This document shows, in pieces, positions 1 through 15,000 of a stretch of DNA of 64,000 nt. The notes under the pieces were generated by a model that worked only from the letters and a program-made list of their open reading frames with translations, searched no databases and was not told where the DNA came from. Both the position numbers and the translations under genes were made by a program. Origin of the DNA: Eledone cirrhosa (lineage: Eukaryota); contig OZ024740.1 in the NCBI GenBank assembly GCA_964016885.1, positions 46,872,001-46,936,000 on the forward strand. The letters run 5' to 3'. Positions within the stretch are counted from its first letter, which is position 1, and each line of letters opens with the position of its first letter.

Positions 1-3000
1 AATGGGGGAATGAAAGAAAGCAGGAAGGAAGGTAGGAAGGATTCAGGGAAGGAAAGCAGGGAGGAAGGTAGGAAGGATTCAGGGAAGGAATGGAGGAATG
101 AAGGAAAGTAGGAAGAAAGGTAGGAATGATTTTGGGAAGGAATGGGGGAATGAAGGAAAGTAGGAAGGAAGGATTCAGGGAAGGAATGGGGGAATGAAGG
201 AAAGTAGGAAGGAAGAAGGAAGGTAGGAAGGATTCAGGTAAGGAATGGGGGAATGAAGGAAAGTAGGAAGGATTCAGGGAAGGATTCAGGGAAGGAATGG
301 CGGAATGAAGGAAAGTAGGAAGGAAGGTAGGAAGGATTCAGGGAAGGAATGGGGGAATGAAGGAAAGTAGGAAGGAAGGTACGAAGGATTCAGGGAAGGA
401 ATGGGGGAATGAAGGAAAGTAGGAAGGAAGGTAGGACGGATTCAGGGAAGGAATGGGGGAATGAAGAAAAGTAGGGAGGAAGGTAGGAAGGATTCAGGGA
501 AGGAATGGGGAAATGAAGGAAAGTAGGAAGGAAGGTAGGTAGGATTCAGAGAAGGAATGGGGGAATGAAGGAAAGAAGGAAGGAAGGTAGGAAGGATTCA
601 GGGATGGAATGGGGGAATGAAGGAAAGCTGGAAGGAAGGTAGGAAGGATTTAGGGAAGGAATGGGGAATGAAGGAAAGTAGGAAGAAAGGTAGGAAGGAT
701 TTAGGGAAAGAATGGGGGAATGAAGGAAAGCAGGAAGGAAGGTAGGAAGGATTTAGGGAAGGAATGGGGGAATGAAGGAAAGTAGGAAGAAAGGTAGGAA
801 GGATTCAGGGAAGGAATGGGGGAATGAAGGAAAGCAGGAAGGAAGGTAGGAAGGATTCAGGGAAGGAATGGGGAATGAAGGAAAGTAGGAAGAAAGGTAG
901 GAAGGATTTAGGGAAAGAATGGGGGAATGAAGGAAAGCAGGAAGGAAGGTAGGAAGGATTTAGGGAAGGAATGGGGGAATGAAGGAAAGTAGGAAGGAAG
1001 GTAGGAAGGATTCAGGGAAGGAATGTGGGAATGAAGGAAAGTAGGAAGAAAGGTAGGAAGGATTCAGGGAAGGATGGGGGAATGAAGGAAAGTAGGTAGG
1101 AAGGTAGGTAGGATTCAGGGAAGGAATGGGGAATGAAGGAAAGTAGGAAGGAAGGTAGGTAGGATTCAGGGAAGGAATGGGGGAATAAAGGAAAGTAAGA
1201 AGGAAGGTAGGTAGGATTCAGGGAAGGAATTCGGAATGTAGGAAAGTAGGAAGGAAGGTAGGAAGCATTCAGCGAAGGAATGTGGAATCAAGGAATGTAG
1301 GAAGGAAGGTAGGAAGTATTCAGGAAAGGAATGGGGGAATGAAGGAAACTAGGAAGGAAGGTAGGAAGGATTCAGGGAAGGAATGGGGAAATGAAGGAAA
1401 GTAGGAAGAAAGGTAGGAAGGATTCAGGGAAGGAATGGGGGAATGAAGGAAAGTAGGAAGGAAGGTAGGTAAGATTCAGGGAAGGAATGGTGGAGTGAAG
1501 GAAAGTAGGAAGAAAGGTAGGTAGGATTCAGGGAAGGAATGGGGGAATGAAGGAAATTAGGAAGGAAGGTAGGAAGGATTCAGTGAAGGAATGGGGGAAT
1601 GAAGGAAAGCAGGAAGAAAGGTAGGAAGGATTCAGGGAAGGAATGGGGGAATGAAGGAAAGTAGGAAGAAAGGTAGGAAGGATTCAGGGAAGGAATGGGG
1701 GAATGAAGTAAAGCAGGAAGGAAGGTAGGAAGGATTCAGGGAAGGAATGGGGGAATGAAGGAAAGTAAGAAGAAAGGTAGGAAGGATTCAGGGAAGGAAT
1801 GGGGGAATGAAGGAAAGTAGGAAGAAAGGTAGGAAGGATTCAGGAAGGAATGGGGGAATGAAGGAAAGTAGGAAGGAAGGTAGCGAGGATTCAGGGAAGG
1901 AATGGGGGAATGAAGGAAAGTAGGAAGGAAGGTAGGAACGATTCAGGGAAGGAATGGGGGAATGACGGAAAGTAGGAAGGAAGGTAGGAAAGATTCAGGG
2001 AAGGAATGGGGGAATGAAGGAAAGTAGGAAGGAAGGTAGGAAGGATTCAGGGAAGAAATGGGGGAATGAAGGAAAGTAGGAAGAAAGGTAGGAAGGATTC
2101 AGGGAAGGAATGGGGGAATGAAGGAAAGTAGGAAGAAAGGTAGGTAGGATTCAGGGAAGGAATGGGGGAATGAAGGAAAGCAGGAAGGAAGGTAGGAAGG
2201 ATTTAGGGAAGGAATGGGGGAATGAAGGAAAGTAGGAAGAAAGGTAGGAAGGATTCAGAGAAGGAATGGGGGAATGAAGGAAAGTAGGAAGGAAGGTAAG
2301 AAAGATTCAGGGAAGGAATGGGGGAATGAAGGAGAGTGGGAAGAAAGGTAGGAAGGATTCAGGGAAGGAATGGTAGAATGAAGGAAAGTAGGAAGGAAGG
2401 TTGGAAGGATTCAGGGAAGGAATGGGGGAATGAAGGAAAGTAGGAAGGAAGGTAAGAAGGAATCAGGGAAGGAATGGGGGAATGAAGGAAAGTAGGAAGG
2501 TAGGTAGGTAGGATTCAGAGAAGGAATGGGGGAATGAAGGAAAGAAGGAAGGAAGGTAGGAAGGATTCAGGGATGGAATGGGGGAATGAAGGAAAGCTGG
2601 AAGGAAGGTAGGAAGGATTTAGGGAAGGAATGGGGAATGAAGGAAAGTAGGAAGAAAGGTAGGAAGGATTTAGGGAAAGAATGGGGGAATGAAGGAAAGC
2701 AGGAAGGAAGGTAGGAAGGATTTAGGGAAGGAATGGGGGAATGAAGGAAAGTAGGAAGAAAGGTAGGAAGGATTCAGGGAAGGAATGGGGGAATGAAGGA
2801 AAGCAGGAAGGAAGGTAGGAAGGATTCAGGGAAGGAATGGGGAATGAAGGAAAGTAGGAAGAAAGGTAGGAAGGATTTAGGGAAAGAATGGGGGAATGAA
2901 GGAAAGCAGGAAGGAAGGTAGGAAGGATTTAGGGAAGGAATGGGGGAATGAAGGAAAGTAGGAAGGAAGGTAGGAAGGATTCAGGGAAGGAATGTGGGAA

Positions 3001-6000
3001 TGAAGGAAAGTAGGAAGAAAGGTAGGAAGGATTCAGGGAAGGATGGGGGAATGAAGGAAAGTAGGTAGGAAGGTAGGTAGGATTCAGGGAAGGAATGGGG
3101 AATGAAGGAAAGTAGGAAGGAAGGTAGGTAGGATTCAGGGAAGGAATGGGGGAATAAAGGAAAGTAAGAAGGAAGGTAGGTAGGATTCAGGGAAGGAATT
3201 CGGAATGTAGGAAAGTAGGAAGGAAGGTAGGAAGCATTCAGCGAAGGAATGTGGAATCAAGGAATGTAGGAAGGAAGGTAGGAAGTATTCAGGAAAGGAA
3301 TGGGGGAATGAAGGAAACTAGGAAGGAAGGTAGGAAGGATTCAGGGAAGGAATGGGGAAATGAAGGAAAGTAGGAAGAAAGGTAGGAAGGATTCAGGGAA
3401 GGAATGGGGGAATGAAGGAAAGTAGGAAGGAAGGTAGGTAAGATTCAGGGAAGGAATGGTGGAGTGAAGGAAAGTAGGAAGAAAGGTAGGTAGGATTCAG
3501 GGAAGGAATGGGGGAATGAAGGAAATTAGGAAGGAAGGTAGGAAGGATTCAGTGAAGGAATGGGGGAATGAAGGAAAGCAGGAAGAAAGGTAGGAAGGAT
3601 TCAGGGAAGGAATGGGGGAATGAAGGAAAGTAGGAAGAAAGGTAGGAAGGATTCAGGGAAGGAATGGGGGAATGAAGTAAAGCAGGAAGGAAGGTAGGAA
3701 GGATTCAGGGAAGGAATGGGGGAATGAAGGAAAGTAAGAAGAAAGGTAGGAAGGATTCAGGGAAGGAATGGGGGAATGAAGGAAAGTAGGAAGAAAGGTA
3801 GGAAGGATTCAGGAAGGAATGGGGGAATGAAGGAAAGTAGGAAGGAAGGTAGCGAGGATTCAGGGAAGGAATGGGGGAATGAAGGAAAGTAGGAAGGAAG
3901 GTAGGAACGATTCAGGGAAGGAATGGGGGAATGACGGAAAGTAGGAAGGAAGGTAGGAAAGATTCAGGGAAGGAATGGGGGAATGAAGGAAAGTAGGAAG
4001 GAAGGTAGGAAGGATTCAGGGAAGAAATGGGGGAATGAAGGAAAGTAGGAAGAAAGGTAGGAAGGATTCAGGGAAGGAATGGGGGAATGAAGGAAAGTAG
4101 GAAGAAAGGTAGGTAGGATTCAGGGAAGGAATGGGGGAATGAAGGAAAGCAGGAAGGAAGGTAGGAAGGATTTAGGGAAGGAATGGGGGAATGAAGGAAA
4201 GTAGGAAGAAAGGTAGGAAGGATTCAGAGAAGGAATGGGGGAATGAAGGAAAGTAGGAAGGAAGGTAAGAAAGATTCAGGGAAGGAATGGGGGAATGAAG
4301 GAGAGTGGGAAGAAAGGTAGGAAGGATTCAGGGAAGGAATGGTAGAATGAAGGAAAGTAGGAAGGAAGGTTGGAAGGATTCAGGGAAGGAATGGGGGAAT
4401 GAAGGAAAGTAGGAAGGAAGGTAAGAAGGAATCAGGGAAGGAATGGGGGAATGAAGGAAAGTAGGAAGGTAGGTAGGAAGGATTCAGGGAAGGAATGGGG
4501 GAATGAAGGAAAGTAGGAAGGAAGGTAGGAAGGATTCAGGGAAGGAATGGGGGAATGAAGGAAAGCAGGAAGAAAGGTAGGAAGGATTCAGGGAAGGAAA
4601 GCAGAGAGGAAGGTAGGAAGGATTCAGGGAAGGAATGGAGGAATGAAGGAAAGTAGGAAGAAAGGTAGGAAGGATTCAGGGAAGGAATGGGGGAATGAAG
4701 GAAAGTAGGAAGGAAAGTAGGAAGGAAGGATTCAGGGAAGGAATGGGGGAATGAAGGAAAGTAGGAAGGAAGGTAGGTAGGATTCAGGGAAGGAATTGGG
4801 GAATGAAGGAAAGTAGGAAGGAAGGTAGGAAGGATTCAGGGAAGGAATGGGGGAATGAAGGAAAGTAGGAAGAAAGGTAGGTAGGATTCAGGGAAGGAAT
4901 GGGGGAATGAAGGAAAGCAGGAAGGAAGGTAGGAAGGATTTAGGGAAGGAATGGGGGAATGAAGGAAAGTAGGAAGAAAGGTAGGAAGGATTCAGAGAAG
5001 GAATGGGGGAATGAAGGAAAGTAGGAAGGAAGGTAAGAAAGATTCAGGGAAGGAATGGGGGAATGAACGAGAGTGGGAAGAAAGGTAAGAAGGAATCAGG
5101 GAAGGAATGGGGGAATGAAGGAAAGTAGGAAGGTAGGTAGGAAGGATTCAGGGAAGGAATGGGGGAATGAAGGAAAGTAGGAAGGAAGGTAGGAAGGATT
5201 CAGGGAAGGAATGGGGAATGAAGGAAAGCAGGAAGAAAGGTAGGAAGGATTCAGGGAAGGAAAGCAGAGAGGAAGGTAGGAAGGATTCAGGGAAGGAATG
5301 GAGGAATGAAGGAAAGTAGGAAGGAAAGTAGGAAGGAAGGATTCAGGTATGGAATGGGGGAATGAAGGAAAGCAGGAAGGAAGGTAGGAAGGATTTAGGG
5401 AAGGAATGGGGAAATGAAGGAAAGTAGGAAGAAAGGTAGGAAGGATTTAGGGAAGGAATGGGGGAATGAAGGAAAGCAGGTTGGAAGGTAGGAAGGATTT
5501 AGGGAAGGAATGGGGGAATGAAGGAAAGTAGGAAGAAAGGTAGGAAGGATTCAGGGAAGGAATTGGGGAATGAAGGAAAGTAGGAAGGAAGGTAGGAAGG
5601 ATTAAGGGAAGGAATGGGGGACTGAAGGAAAGTAGGAAGGAAGGTAGGTAGGATTAAGGGAAGGAATGGGGAATGAAGGAAAGTAGGAAGGAAGAAGGAA
5701 GGTAGGAAGGATTCAGGTAAGGAATGGGGGAATGAAGGAAAGTAGGAAGGAAGGTAGGAAGGATTCAGGGAAGGAATGGGGGAATGAAGTAAAGTAGGAA
5801 GGAAGTTAGGAAGGATTCAGGGACGGAATGGGGGAATGAAGGAAAGTAGGAACGTAGGTAGGATGGATTCAGGGAAGGAATGGGGGAATGAAGGAAAGTA
5901 GGAAGGAAGGTAGGAAGGATTCAGGGAAGGAATGGGGGAATGAAAGAAAGCAGGAAGGAAGGTAGGAAGGATTCAGGGAAGGAAAGCAGGGAGGAAGGTA

Positions 6001-9000
6001 GGAAGGATTCAGGAAGGAATGGGGGAATGAAGGAAAGTAGGAAGGAAGGTAGGGAGGATTCAGGGAAGGAATGGGGGAATGAAGGAAAGTAGGAAGGAAG
6101 GTAGGAACGATTCAGGGAAGGAATGGGGGAATGACGGAAAGTAGGAAGGAAGGTAGGAAAGATTCAGGGAAGGAATGGGGGAATGAAGGAAAGTAGGAAG
6201 GAAGGTAGGAAGGATTCAGGGAAGAAATGGGGGAATGAAGGAAAGTAGGAAGAAAGGTAGGAAGGATTCAGGGAAGGAATGGGGGAATGAAGGAAAGTAG
6301 GAAGAAAGGTAGGTAGGATTCAGGGAAGGAATGGGGGAATGAAGGAAAGCAGGAAGGAAGGTAGGAAGGATTTAGGGAAGGAATGGGGGAATGAAGGAAA
6401 GTAGGAAGAAAGGTAGGAAGGATTCAGAGAAGGAATGGGGGAATGAAGGAAAGTAGGAAGGAATGTAGGAAGGATTCAGGGAAGGAATGGGGGAATGAAG
6501 GAAAGTAGGAAGGAAGGTAGGAAGGATTCAGGGAAGGAATGGGGGAATGAAGGAAAGTAGGAAGGAAGGTAGGACGGATTCAGGGAAGGAATGGGGGAAT
6601 GAAGAAAAGTAGGGAGGAAGGTAGGAAGGATTCAGGGAAGGAATGGGGGAATGAAGGAAAGTAGGAAGGAAGGTAGGTAGGATTCAGGGAAGGAATGGGG
6701 GAATGAAGGAAAGTAGGAAGGTAGGTGGGAAGGATTCAGGGATGGAATGGGGGAATGAAGGAAAGCAGGAAGGAAGGTAGGAAGGATTTAGGGAAGGAAT
6801 GGGGGAATGAAGGAAAGTAGGAAGAAAGGTAGGAAGGATTTAGGGAAGGAATGGGGGAATGAAGGAAAGCAGGATGGAAGGTAGGAAGGATTTAGGGAAG
6901 GAATGGGGAAATGAAGGAAAGTAGGAAGAAAGGTAGGAAGGATTCAGGGAAGGAATTGGGGAATGAAGGAAAGTAGGAAGGAAGGTAGGAAGGATTAAGG
7001 GAAGGAATGGGGGACTGAAGGAAAGTAGGAAGGAAGGTAGGTAGGATTAAGGGAAGGAATGGGGAATGAAGGAAAGTAGGAAGGAAGAAGGAAGGTAGGA
7101 AGGATTCAGGTAAGGAATGGGGGAATGAAGGAAAGTAGGAAGGAAGGTAGGAAGGATTCAGGGAAGGAATGGGGGAATTAAGTAAAGTAGGAAGGAAGTT
7201 AGGAAGGATTCAGGGACGGAATGGGGGAATGAAGGAAAGTAGGAACGTAGGTAGGATGGATTCAGGGAAGGAATGGGGGAATGAAGGAAAGTAGGAAGGA
7301 AGGTAGGAAGGATTCAGGGAAGGAATGGGGGAATGAAAGAAAGCAGGAAGGAAGGTAGGAAGGATTCAGGGAAGGAAAGCAGGGAGGAAGGTAGGAAGGA
7401 TTCAGGGAAGGAATGGAGGAATGAAGGAAAGTAGGAAGAAAGGTAGGAATGATTTTGGGAAGGAATGGGGGAATGAAGGAAAGTAGGAAGGAAGGATTCA
7501 GGGAAGGAATGGGGGAATGAAGGAAAGTAGGAAGGAAGAAGGAAGGTAGGAAGGATTCAGGTAAGGAATAGGGGAATGAAGGAAAGTAGGAAGGATTCAG
7601 GGAAGGATTCAGGGAAGGAATGGCGGAATGAAGGAAAATAGGAAGGAAGGTAGGAAGGATTCAGGGAAGGAATGGGGGAATGAAGGAAAGTAGGAAGGAA
7701 GGTACGAAGGATTCAGGGAAGGAATGGGGGAATGAAGGAAAGTAGGAAGGAAGGTAGGACGGATTCAGGGAAGGAATGGGGGAATGAAGAAAAGTAGGGA
7801 GGAAGGTAGGAAGGATTCAGGGAAGGAATGGGGAAATGAAGGAAAGTAGGAAGGAAGGTAGGTAGGATTCAGAGAAGGAATGGGGGAATGAAGGAAAGAA
7901 GGAAGGAAGGTAGGAAGGATTCAGGGATGGAATGGGGGAATGAAGGAAAGCTGGAAGGAAGGTAGGAAGGATTTAGGGAAGGAATGGGGAATGAAGGAAA
8001 GTAGGAAGAAAGGTAGGAAGGATTTAGGGAAAGAATGGGGGAATGAAGGAAAGCAGGAAGGAAGGTAGGAAGGATTTAGGGAAGGAATGGGGGAATGAAG
8101 GAAAGTAGGAAGAAAGGTAGGAAGGATTCAGGGAAGGAATGGGGGAATGAAGGAAAGCAGGAAGGAAGGTAGGAAGGATTCAGGGAAGGAATGGGGAATG
8201 AAGGAAAGTAGGAAGAAAGGTAGGAAGGATTTAGGGAAAGAATGGGGGAATGAAGGAAAGCAGGAAGGAAGGTAGGAAGGATTTAGGGAAGGAATGGGGG
8301 AATGAAGGAAATTAGGAAGGAAGGTAGGAAGGATTCAGGGAAGGAATGTGGGAATGAAGGAAAGTAGGAAGAAAGGTAGGAAGGATTCAGGGAAGGATGG
8401 GGGAATGAAGGAAAGTAGGTAGGAAGGTAGGTAGGATTCAGGGAAGGAATGGGGAATGAAGGAAAGTAGGAAGGAAGGTAGGTAGGATTCAGGGAAGGAA
8501 TGGGGGAATAAAGGAAAGTAAGAAGGAAGGTAGTTAGGATTCAGGGAAGGAATTCGGAATGTAGGAAAGTAGGAAGGAAGGTAGGAAGCATTCAGCGAAG
8601 GAATGTGGAATCAAGGAATGTAGGAAGGAAGGTAGGAAGTATTCAGGAAAGGAATGGGGGAATGAAGGAAACTAGGAAGGAAGGTAGGAAGGATTCAGGG
8701 AAGGAATGGGGAAATGAAGGAAAGTAGGAAGAAAGGTAGGAAGGATTCAGGGAAGGAATGGGGGAATGAAGGAAAGTAGGAAGGAAGGTAGGTAAGATTC
8801 AGGGAAGGAATGGTGGAGTGAAGGAAAGTAGGAAGAAAGGTAGGTAGGATTCAGGGAAGGAATGGGGGAATGAAGGAAATTAGGAAGGAAGGTAGGAAGG
8901 ATTCAGTGAAGGAATGGGGGAATGAAGGAAAGCAGGAAGAAAGGTAGGAAGGATTCAGGGAAGGAATGGGGGAATGAAGGAAATTAGGAAGGAAGGTAGG

Positions 9001-12000
9001 AAGGATTCAGTGAAGGAATGGGGGAATGAAGGAAAGCAGGAAGAAAGGTAGGAAGGATTCAGGGAAGGAATGGGGGAATGAAGGAAAGTAGGAAGAAAGG
9101 TAGGAAGGATTCAGGGAAGGAATGGGGGAATGAAGTAAAGCAGGAAGGAAGGTAGGAAGGATTCAGGGAAGGAATGGGGGAATGAAGGAAAGTAGGAAGA
9201 AAGGTAGGAAGGATTCAGGAAGGAATGGGGGAATGAAGGAAAGTAGGAAGGAAGGTAGGGAGGATTCAGGGAAGGAATGGGGGAATGAAGGAAAGTAGGA
9301 AGGAAGGTAGGAACGATTCAGGGAAGGAATGGGGGAATGACGGAAAGTAGGAAGGAAGGTAGGAAAGATTCAGGGAAGGAATGGGGGAATGAAGGAAAGT
9401 AGGAAGGAAGGTAGGAAGGATTCAGGGAAGAAATGGGGGAATGAAGGAAAGTAGGAAGAAAGGTAGGAAGGATTCAGGGAAGGAATGGGGGAATGAAGGA
9501 AAGTAGGAAGAAAGGTAGGTAGGATTCAGGGAAGGAATGGGGGAATGAAGGAAAGCAGGAAGGAAGGTAGGAAGGATTTAGGGAAGGAATGGGGGAATGA
9601 AGGAAAGTAGGAAGAAAGGTAGGAAGGATTCAGAGAAGGAATGGGGGAATGAAGGAAAGTAGGAAGGAAGGTAAGAAAGATTCAGGGAAGGAATGGGGGA
9701 ATGAAGGAGAGTGGGAAGAAAGGTAGGAAGGATTCAGGGAAGGAATGGTAGAATGAAGGAAAGTAGGAAGGAAGGTTGGAAGGATTCAGGGAAGGAATGG
9801 GGGAATGAAGGAAAGTAGGAAGGAAGGTAAGAAGGAAACAGGGAAGGAATGGGGGAATGAAGGAAAGTAGGAAGGTAGGTAGGAAGGATTCAGGGAAGGA
9901 ATGGGGGAATGAAGGAAAGTAGGAAGGAAGGTAGGAAGGATTCAGGGAAGGAATGGGGGAATGAAGGAAAGCAGGAAGAAAGGTAGGAAGGATTCAGGGA
10001 AGGAAAGCAGAGAGGAAGGTAGGAAGGATTCAGGGAAGGAATGGAGGAATGAAGGAAAGTAGGAAGAAAGGTAGGAAGGATTCAGGGAAGGAATGGGGGA
10101 ATGAAGGAAAGTAGGAAGGAAAGTAGGAAGGAAGGATTCAGGGAAGGAATGGGGGAATGAAGGAAAGTAGGAAGGAAGGTAGGTAGGATTCAGGGAAGGA
10201 ATTGGGGAATGAAGGAAAGTAGGAAGGAAGGTAGGAAGGATTCAGGGAAGGAATGGGGGAATGAAGGAAAGTAGGAAGAAAGGTAGGTAGGATTCAGGGA
10301 AGGAATGGGGGAATGAAGGAAAGCAGGAAGGAAGGTAGGAAGGATTTAGGGAAGGAATGGGGGAATGAAGGAAAGTAGGAAGAAAGGTAGGAAGGATTCA
10401 GAGAAGGAATGGGGGAATGAAGGAAAGTAGGAAGGAAGGTAAGAAAGATTCAGGGAAGGAATGGGGGAATGAAGGAGAGTGGGAAGAAAGGTAAGAAGGA
10501 ATCAGGGAAGGAATGGGGAATGAAGGAAAGTAGGAAGGTAGGTAGGAAGGATTCAGGGAAGGAATGGGGGAATGAAGGAAAGTAGGAAGGAAGGTAGGAA
10601 GGATTCAGGGAAGGAATGGGGAATGAAGGAAAGCAGGAAGAAAGGTAGGAAGGATTCAGGGAAGGAAAGCAGAGAGGAAGGTAGGAAGGATTCAGGGAAG
10701 GAATGGAGGAATGAAGGAAAGTAGGAAGGAAAGTAGGAAGGAAGGATTCAGGTATGGAATGGGGGAATGAAGGAAAGCAGGAAGGAAGGTAGGAAGGATT
10801 TAGGGAAGGAATGGGGAAATGAAGGAAAGTAGGAAGAAAGGTAGGAAGGATTTAGGGAAGGAATGGGGGAATGAAGGAAAGCAGGTTGGAAGGTAGGAAG
10901 GATTTAGGGAAGGAATGGGGGAATGAAGGAAAGTAGGAAGAAAGGTAGGAAGGATTCAGGGAAAGAATTGGGGAATGAAGGAAAGTAGGAAGGAAGGTAG
11001 GAAGGATTAAGGGAAGGAATGGGGGACTGAAGGAAAGTAGGAAGGAAGGTAGGTAGGATTAAGGGAAGGAATGGGGAATGAAGGAAAGTAGGAAGGAAGA
11101 AGGAAGGTAGGAAGGATTCAGGTAAGGAATGGGGGAATGAAGGAAAGTAGGAAGGAAGGTAGGAAGGATTCAGGGAAGGAATGGGGGAATGAAGTAAAGT
11201 AGGAAGGAAGTTAGGAAGGATTCAGGGACGGAATGGGGGAATGAAGGAAAGTAGGAACGTAGGTAGGATGGATTCAGGGAAGGAATGGGGGAATGAAGGA
11301 AAGTAGGAAGGAAGGTAGGAAGGATTCAGGGAAGGAATGGGGGAATGAAAGAAAGCAGGAAGGAAGGTAGGAAGGATTCAGGGAAGGAAAGCAGGGAGGA
11401 AGGTAGGAAGGATTCAGGGAAGGAATGGAGGAATGAAGGAAAGTAGGAAGAAAGGTAGGAATGATTTTGGGAAGGAATGGGGGAATGAAGGAAAGTAGGA
11501 AGGAAGGATTCAGGGAAGGAATGGGGGAATGAAGGAAAGTAGGAAGGAAGAAGGAAGGTAGGAAGGATTCAGGTAAGGAATGGGGGAATGAAGGAAAGTA
11601 GGAAGGATTCAGGGAAGGATTCAGGGAAGGAATGGGGGAATGAAGGAAAGTAGGAAGGAAGGTAGGAAGGATTCAGGGAAGGAATGGGGGAATGAAGGAA
11701 AGTAGGAAGGAAGGTAGGAAGGATTCAGGGAAGGAATGGGGGAATGAAGGAAAGTAGGAAGGAAGGTAGGACGGATTCAGGGAAGGAATGGGGGAATGAA
11801 GAAAAGTAGGGAGGAAGGTAGGAAGGATTCAGGGAAGGAATGGGGAAATGAAGGAAAGTAGGAAGGAAGGTAGGTAGGATTCAGAGAAGGAATGGGGGAA
11901 TGAAGGAAAGAAGGAAGGAAGGTAGGAAGGATTCAGGGATGGAATGGGGGAATGAAGGAAAGCTGGAAGGAAGGTAGGAAGGATTTAGGGAAGGAATGGG

Positions 12001-15000
12001 GAATGAAGGAAAGTAGGAAGAAAGGTAGGAAGGATTTAGGGAAAGAATGGGGGAATGAAGGAAAGCAGGAAGGAAGGTAGGAAGGATTTAGGGAAGGAAT
12101 GGGGGAATGAAGGAAAGTAGGAAGAAAGGTAGGAAGGATTCAGGGAAGGAATGGGGGAATGAAGGAAAGCAGGAAGGAAGGTAGGAAGGATTCAGGGAAG
12201 GAATGGGGAATGAAGGAAAGTAGGAAGAAAGGTAGGAAGGATTTAGGGAAAGAATGGGGGAATGAAGGAAAGCAGGAAGGAAGGTAGGAAGGATTTAGGG
12301 AAGGAATGGGGGAATGAAGGAAAGTAGGAAGGAAGGTAGGAAGGATTCAGGGAAGGAATGTGGGAATGAAGGAAAGTAGGAAGAAAGGTAGGAAGGATTC
12401 AGGGAAGGATGGGGGAATGAAGGAAAGTAGGTAGGAAGGTAGGTAGGATTCAGGGAAGGAATGGGGAATGAAGGAAAGTAGGAAGGAAGGTAGGTAGGAT
12501 TCAGGGAAGGAATTCGGAATGTAGGAAAGTAGGAAGGAAGGTAGGAAGCATTCAGCGAAGGAATGTGGAATCAAGGAATGTAGGAAGGAAGGTAGGAAGT
12601 ATTCAGGGAAGGATGGGGGAATGAAGGAAAGTAGGTAGGAAGGTAGGTAGGATTCAGGAAAGGAATGGGGGAATGAAGGAAACTAGGAAGGAAGGTAGGA
12701 AGGATTCAGGGAAGGAATGGGGAAATGAAGGAAAGTAGGAAGAAAGGTAGGAAGGATTCAGGGAAGGAATGGGGGAATGAAGGAAAGTAGGAAGAAAGGT
12801 AGGAAGGATTCAGGGAAGGAATGGGGAAATGAAGGAAAGTAGGAAGAAAGGTAGGAAGGATTCAGGGAAGGAATGGGGGAATGAAGGAAAGTAGGAAGGA
12901 AGGTAGGTAAGATTCAGGGAAGGAATGGTGGAGTGAAGGAAAGTAGGAAGAAAGGTAGGTAGGATTCAGGGAAGGAATGGGGGAATGAAGGAAATTAGGA
13001 AGGAAGGTAGGAAGGATTCAGTGAAGGAATGGGGGAATGAAGGAAAGCAGGAAGAAAGGTAGGAAGGATTCAGAGAAGGAATGGGGGAATGAAGGAAAGT
13101 AGGAAGAAAGGTAGGAAGGATTCAGGGAAGGAATGGGGGAATGAAGTAAAGCAGGAAGGAAGGTAGGAAGGATTCAGGGAAGGAATGGGGGAATGAAGGA
13201 AAGTAAGAAGAAAGGTAGGAAGGATTCAGGGAAGGAATGGGGGAATGAAGGAAAGTAGGAAGAAAGGTAGGAAGGATTCAGGAAGGAATGGGGGAATGAA
13301 GGAAAGTAGGAAGGAAGGTAGGGAGGATTCAGGGAAGGAATGGGGGAATGAAGGAAAGTAGGAAGGAAGGTAGGAACGATTCAGGGAAGGAATGGGGGAA
13401 TGACGGAAAGTAGGAAGGAAGGTAGGAAAGATTCAGGGAAGGAATGGGGGAATGAAGGAAAGTAGGAAGGAAGGTAGGAAGGATTCAGGGAAGAAATGGG
13501 GGAATGAAGGAAAGTAGGAAGAAAGGTAGGAAGGATTCAGGGAAGGAATGGGGGAATGAAGGAAAGTAGGAAGAAAGGTAGGTAGGATTCAGGGAAGGAA
13601 TGGGGGAATGAAGGAAAGCAGGAAGGAAGGTAGGAAGGATTTAGGGAAGGAATGGGGGAATGAAGGAAAGTAGGAAGAAAGGTAGGAAGGATTCAGAGAA
13701 GGAATGGGGGAATGAAGGAAAGTAGGAAGGAAGGTAAGAAAGATTCAGGGAAGGAATGGGGGAATGAAGGAGAGTGGGAAGAAAGGTAGGAAGGATTCAG
13801 GGAAGGAATGGTAGAATGAAGGAAAGTAGGAAGGAAGGTTGGAAGGATTCAGGGAAGGAATGGGGGAATGAAGGAAAGTAGGAAGGAAGGTAAGAAGGAA
13901 TCAGGGAAGGAATGGGGGAATGAAGGAAAGTAGGAAGGTAGGTAGGAAGGATTCAGGGAAGGAATGGGGGAATGAAGGAAAGTAGGAAGGAAGGTAGGAA
14001 GGATTCAGGGAAGGAATGGGGGAATGAAGGAAAGCAGGAAGAAAGGTAGGAAGGATTCAGGGAAGGAAAGCAGAGAGGAAGGTAGGAAGGATTCAGGGAA
14101 GGAATGGAGGAATGAAGGAAAGTAGGAAGAAAGGTAGGAAGGATTCAGGGAAGGAATGGGGGAATGAAGGAAAGTAGGAAGGAAAGTAGGAAGGAAGGAT
14201 TCAGGGAAGGAATGGGGGAATGAAGGAAAGTAGGAAGGAAGGTAGGTAGGATTCAGGGAAGGAATTGGGGAATGAAGGAAAGTAGGAAGGAAGGTAGGAA
14301 GGATTCAGGGAAGGAATGGGGGAATGAAGGAAAGTAGGAAGAAAGGTAGGTAGGATTCAGGGAAGGAATGGGGGAATGAAGGAAAGTAGGAAGGAAGGTA
14401 AGAAAGATTCAGGGAAGGAATGGGGGAATGAAGGAGAGTGGGAAGAAAGGTAAGAAGGAATGAGGGAAGGAATGGGGGAATGAAGGAAAGTAGGAAGGTA
14501 GGTAGGAAGGATTCAGGGAAGGAATGGGGGAATGAAGGAAAGTAGGAAGGAAGGTAGGAAGGATTCAGGGAAGGAATGGGGGAATGAAGGAAAGCAGGAA
14601 GAAAGGTAGGAAGGATTCAGGGAAGGAAAGCAGAGAGGAAGGTAGGAAGGATTCAGGGAAGGAATGGAGGAATGAAGGAAAGTAGGAAGAAAGGTAGGAA
14701 GGATTCAGGGAAGGAATGGGGGAATGAAGGAAAGTAGGAAGGAAAGTAGGAAGGAAGGATTCAGGGAAGGAATGGGGGAATGAAGGAAAGTAGGAAGGAA
14801 GGTAGGTAGGATTCAGGGAAGGAATTGGGGAATGAAGGAAAGTAGGAAGGAAGGTAGGAAGGATTCAGGGAAGGAATGGGGGACTGAAGGAAAGTAGGAA
14901 GGAAGGTAGGTAGGATAAAGGGAAGGAAAGGGGAATGAAGGAAAGTAGGATGGAAGAAGGAAGGTAGGAGGGATTCAGGTAAGGAATGGGGGAATGAAGG

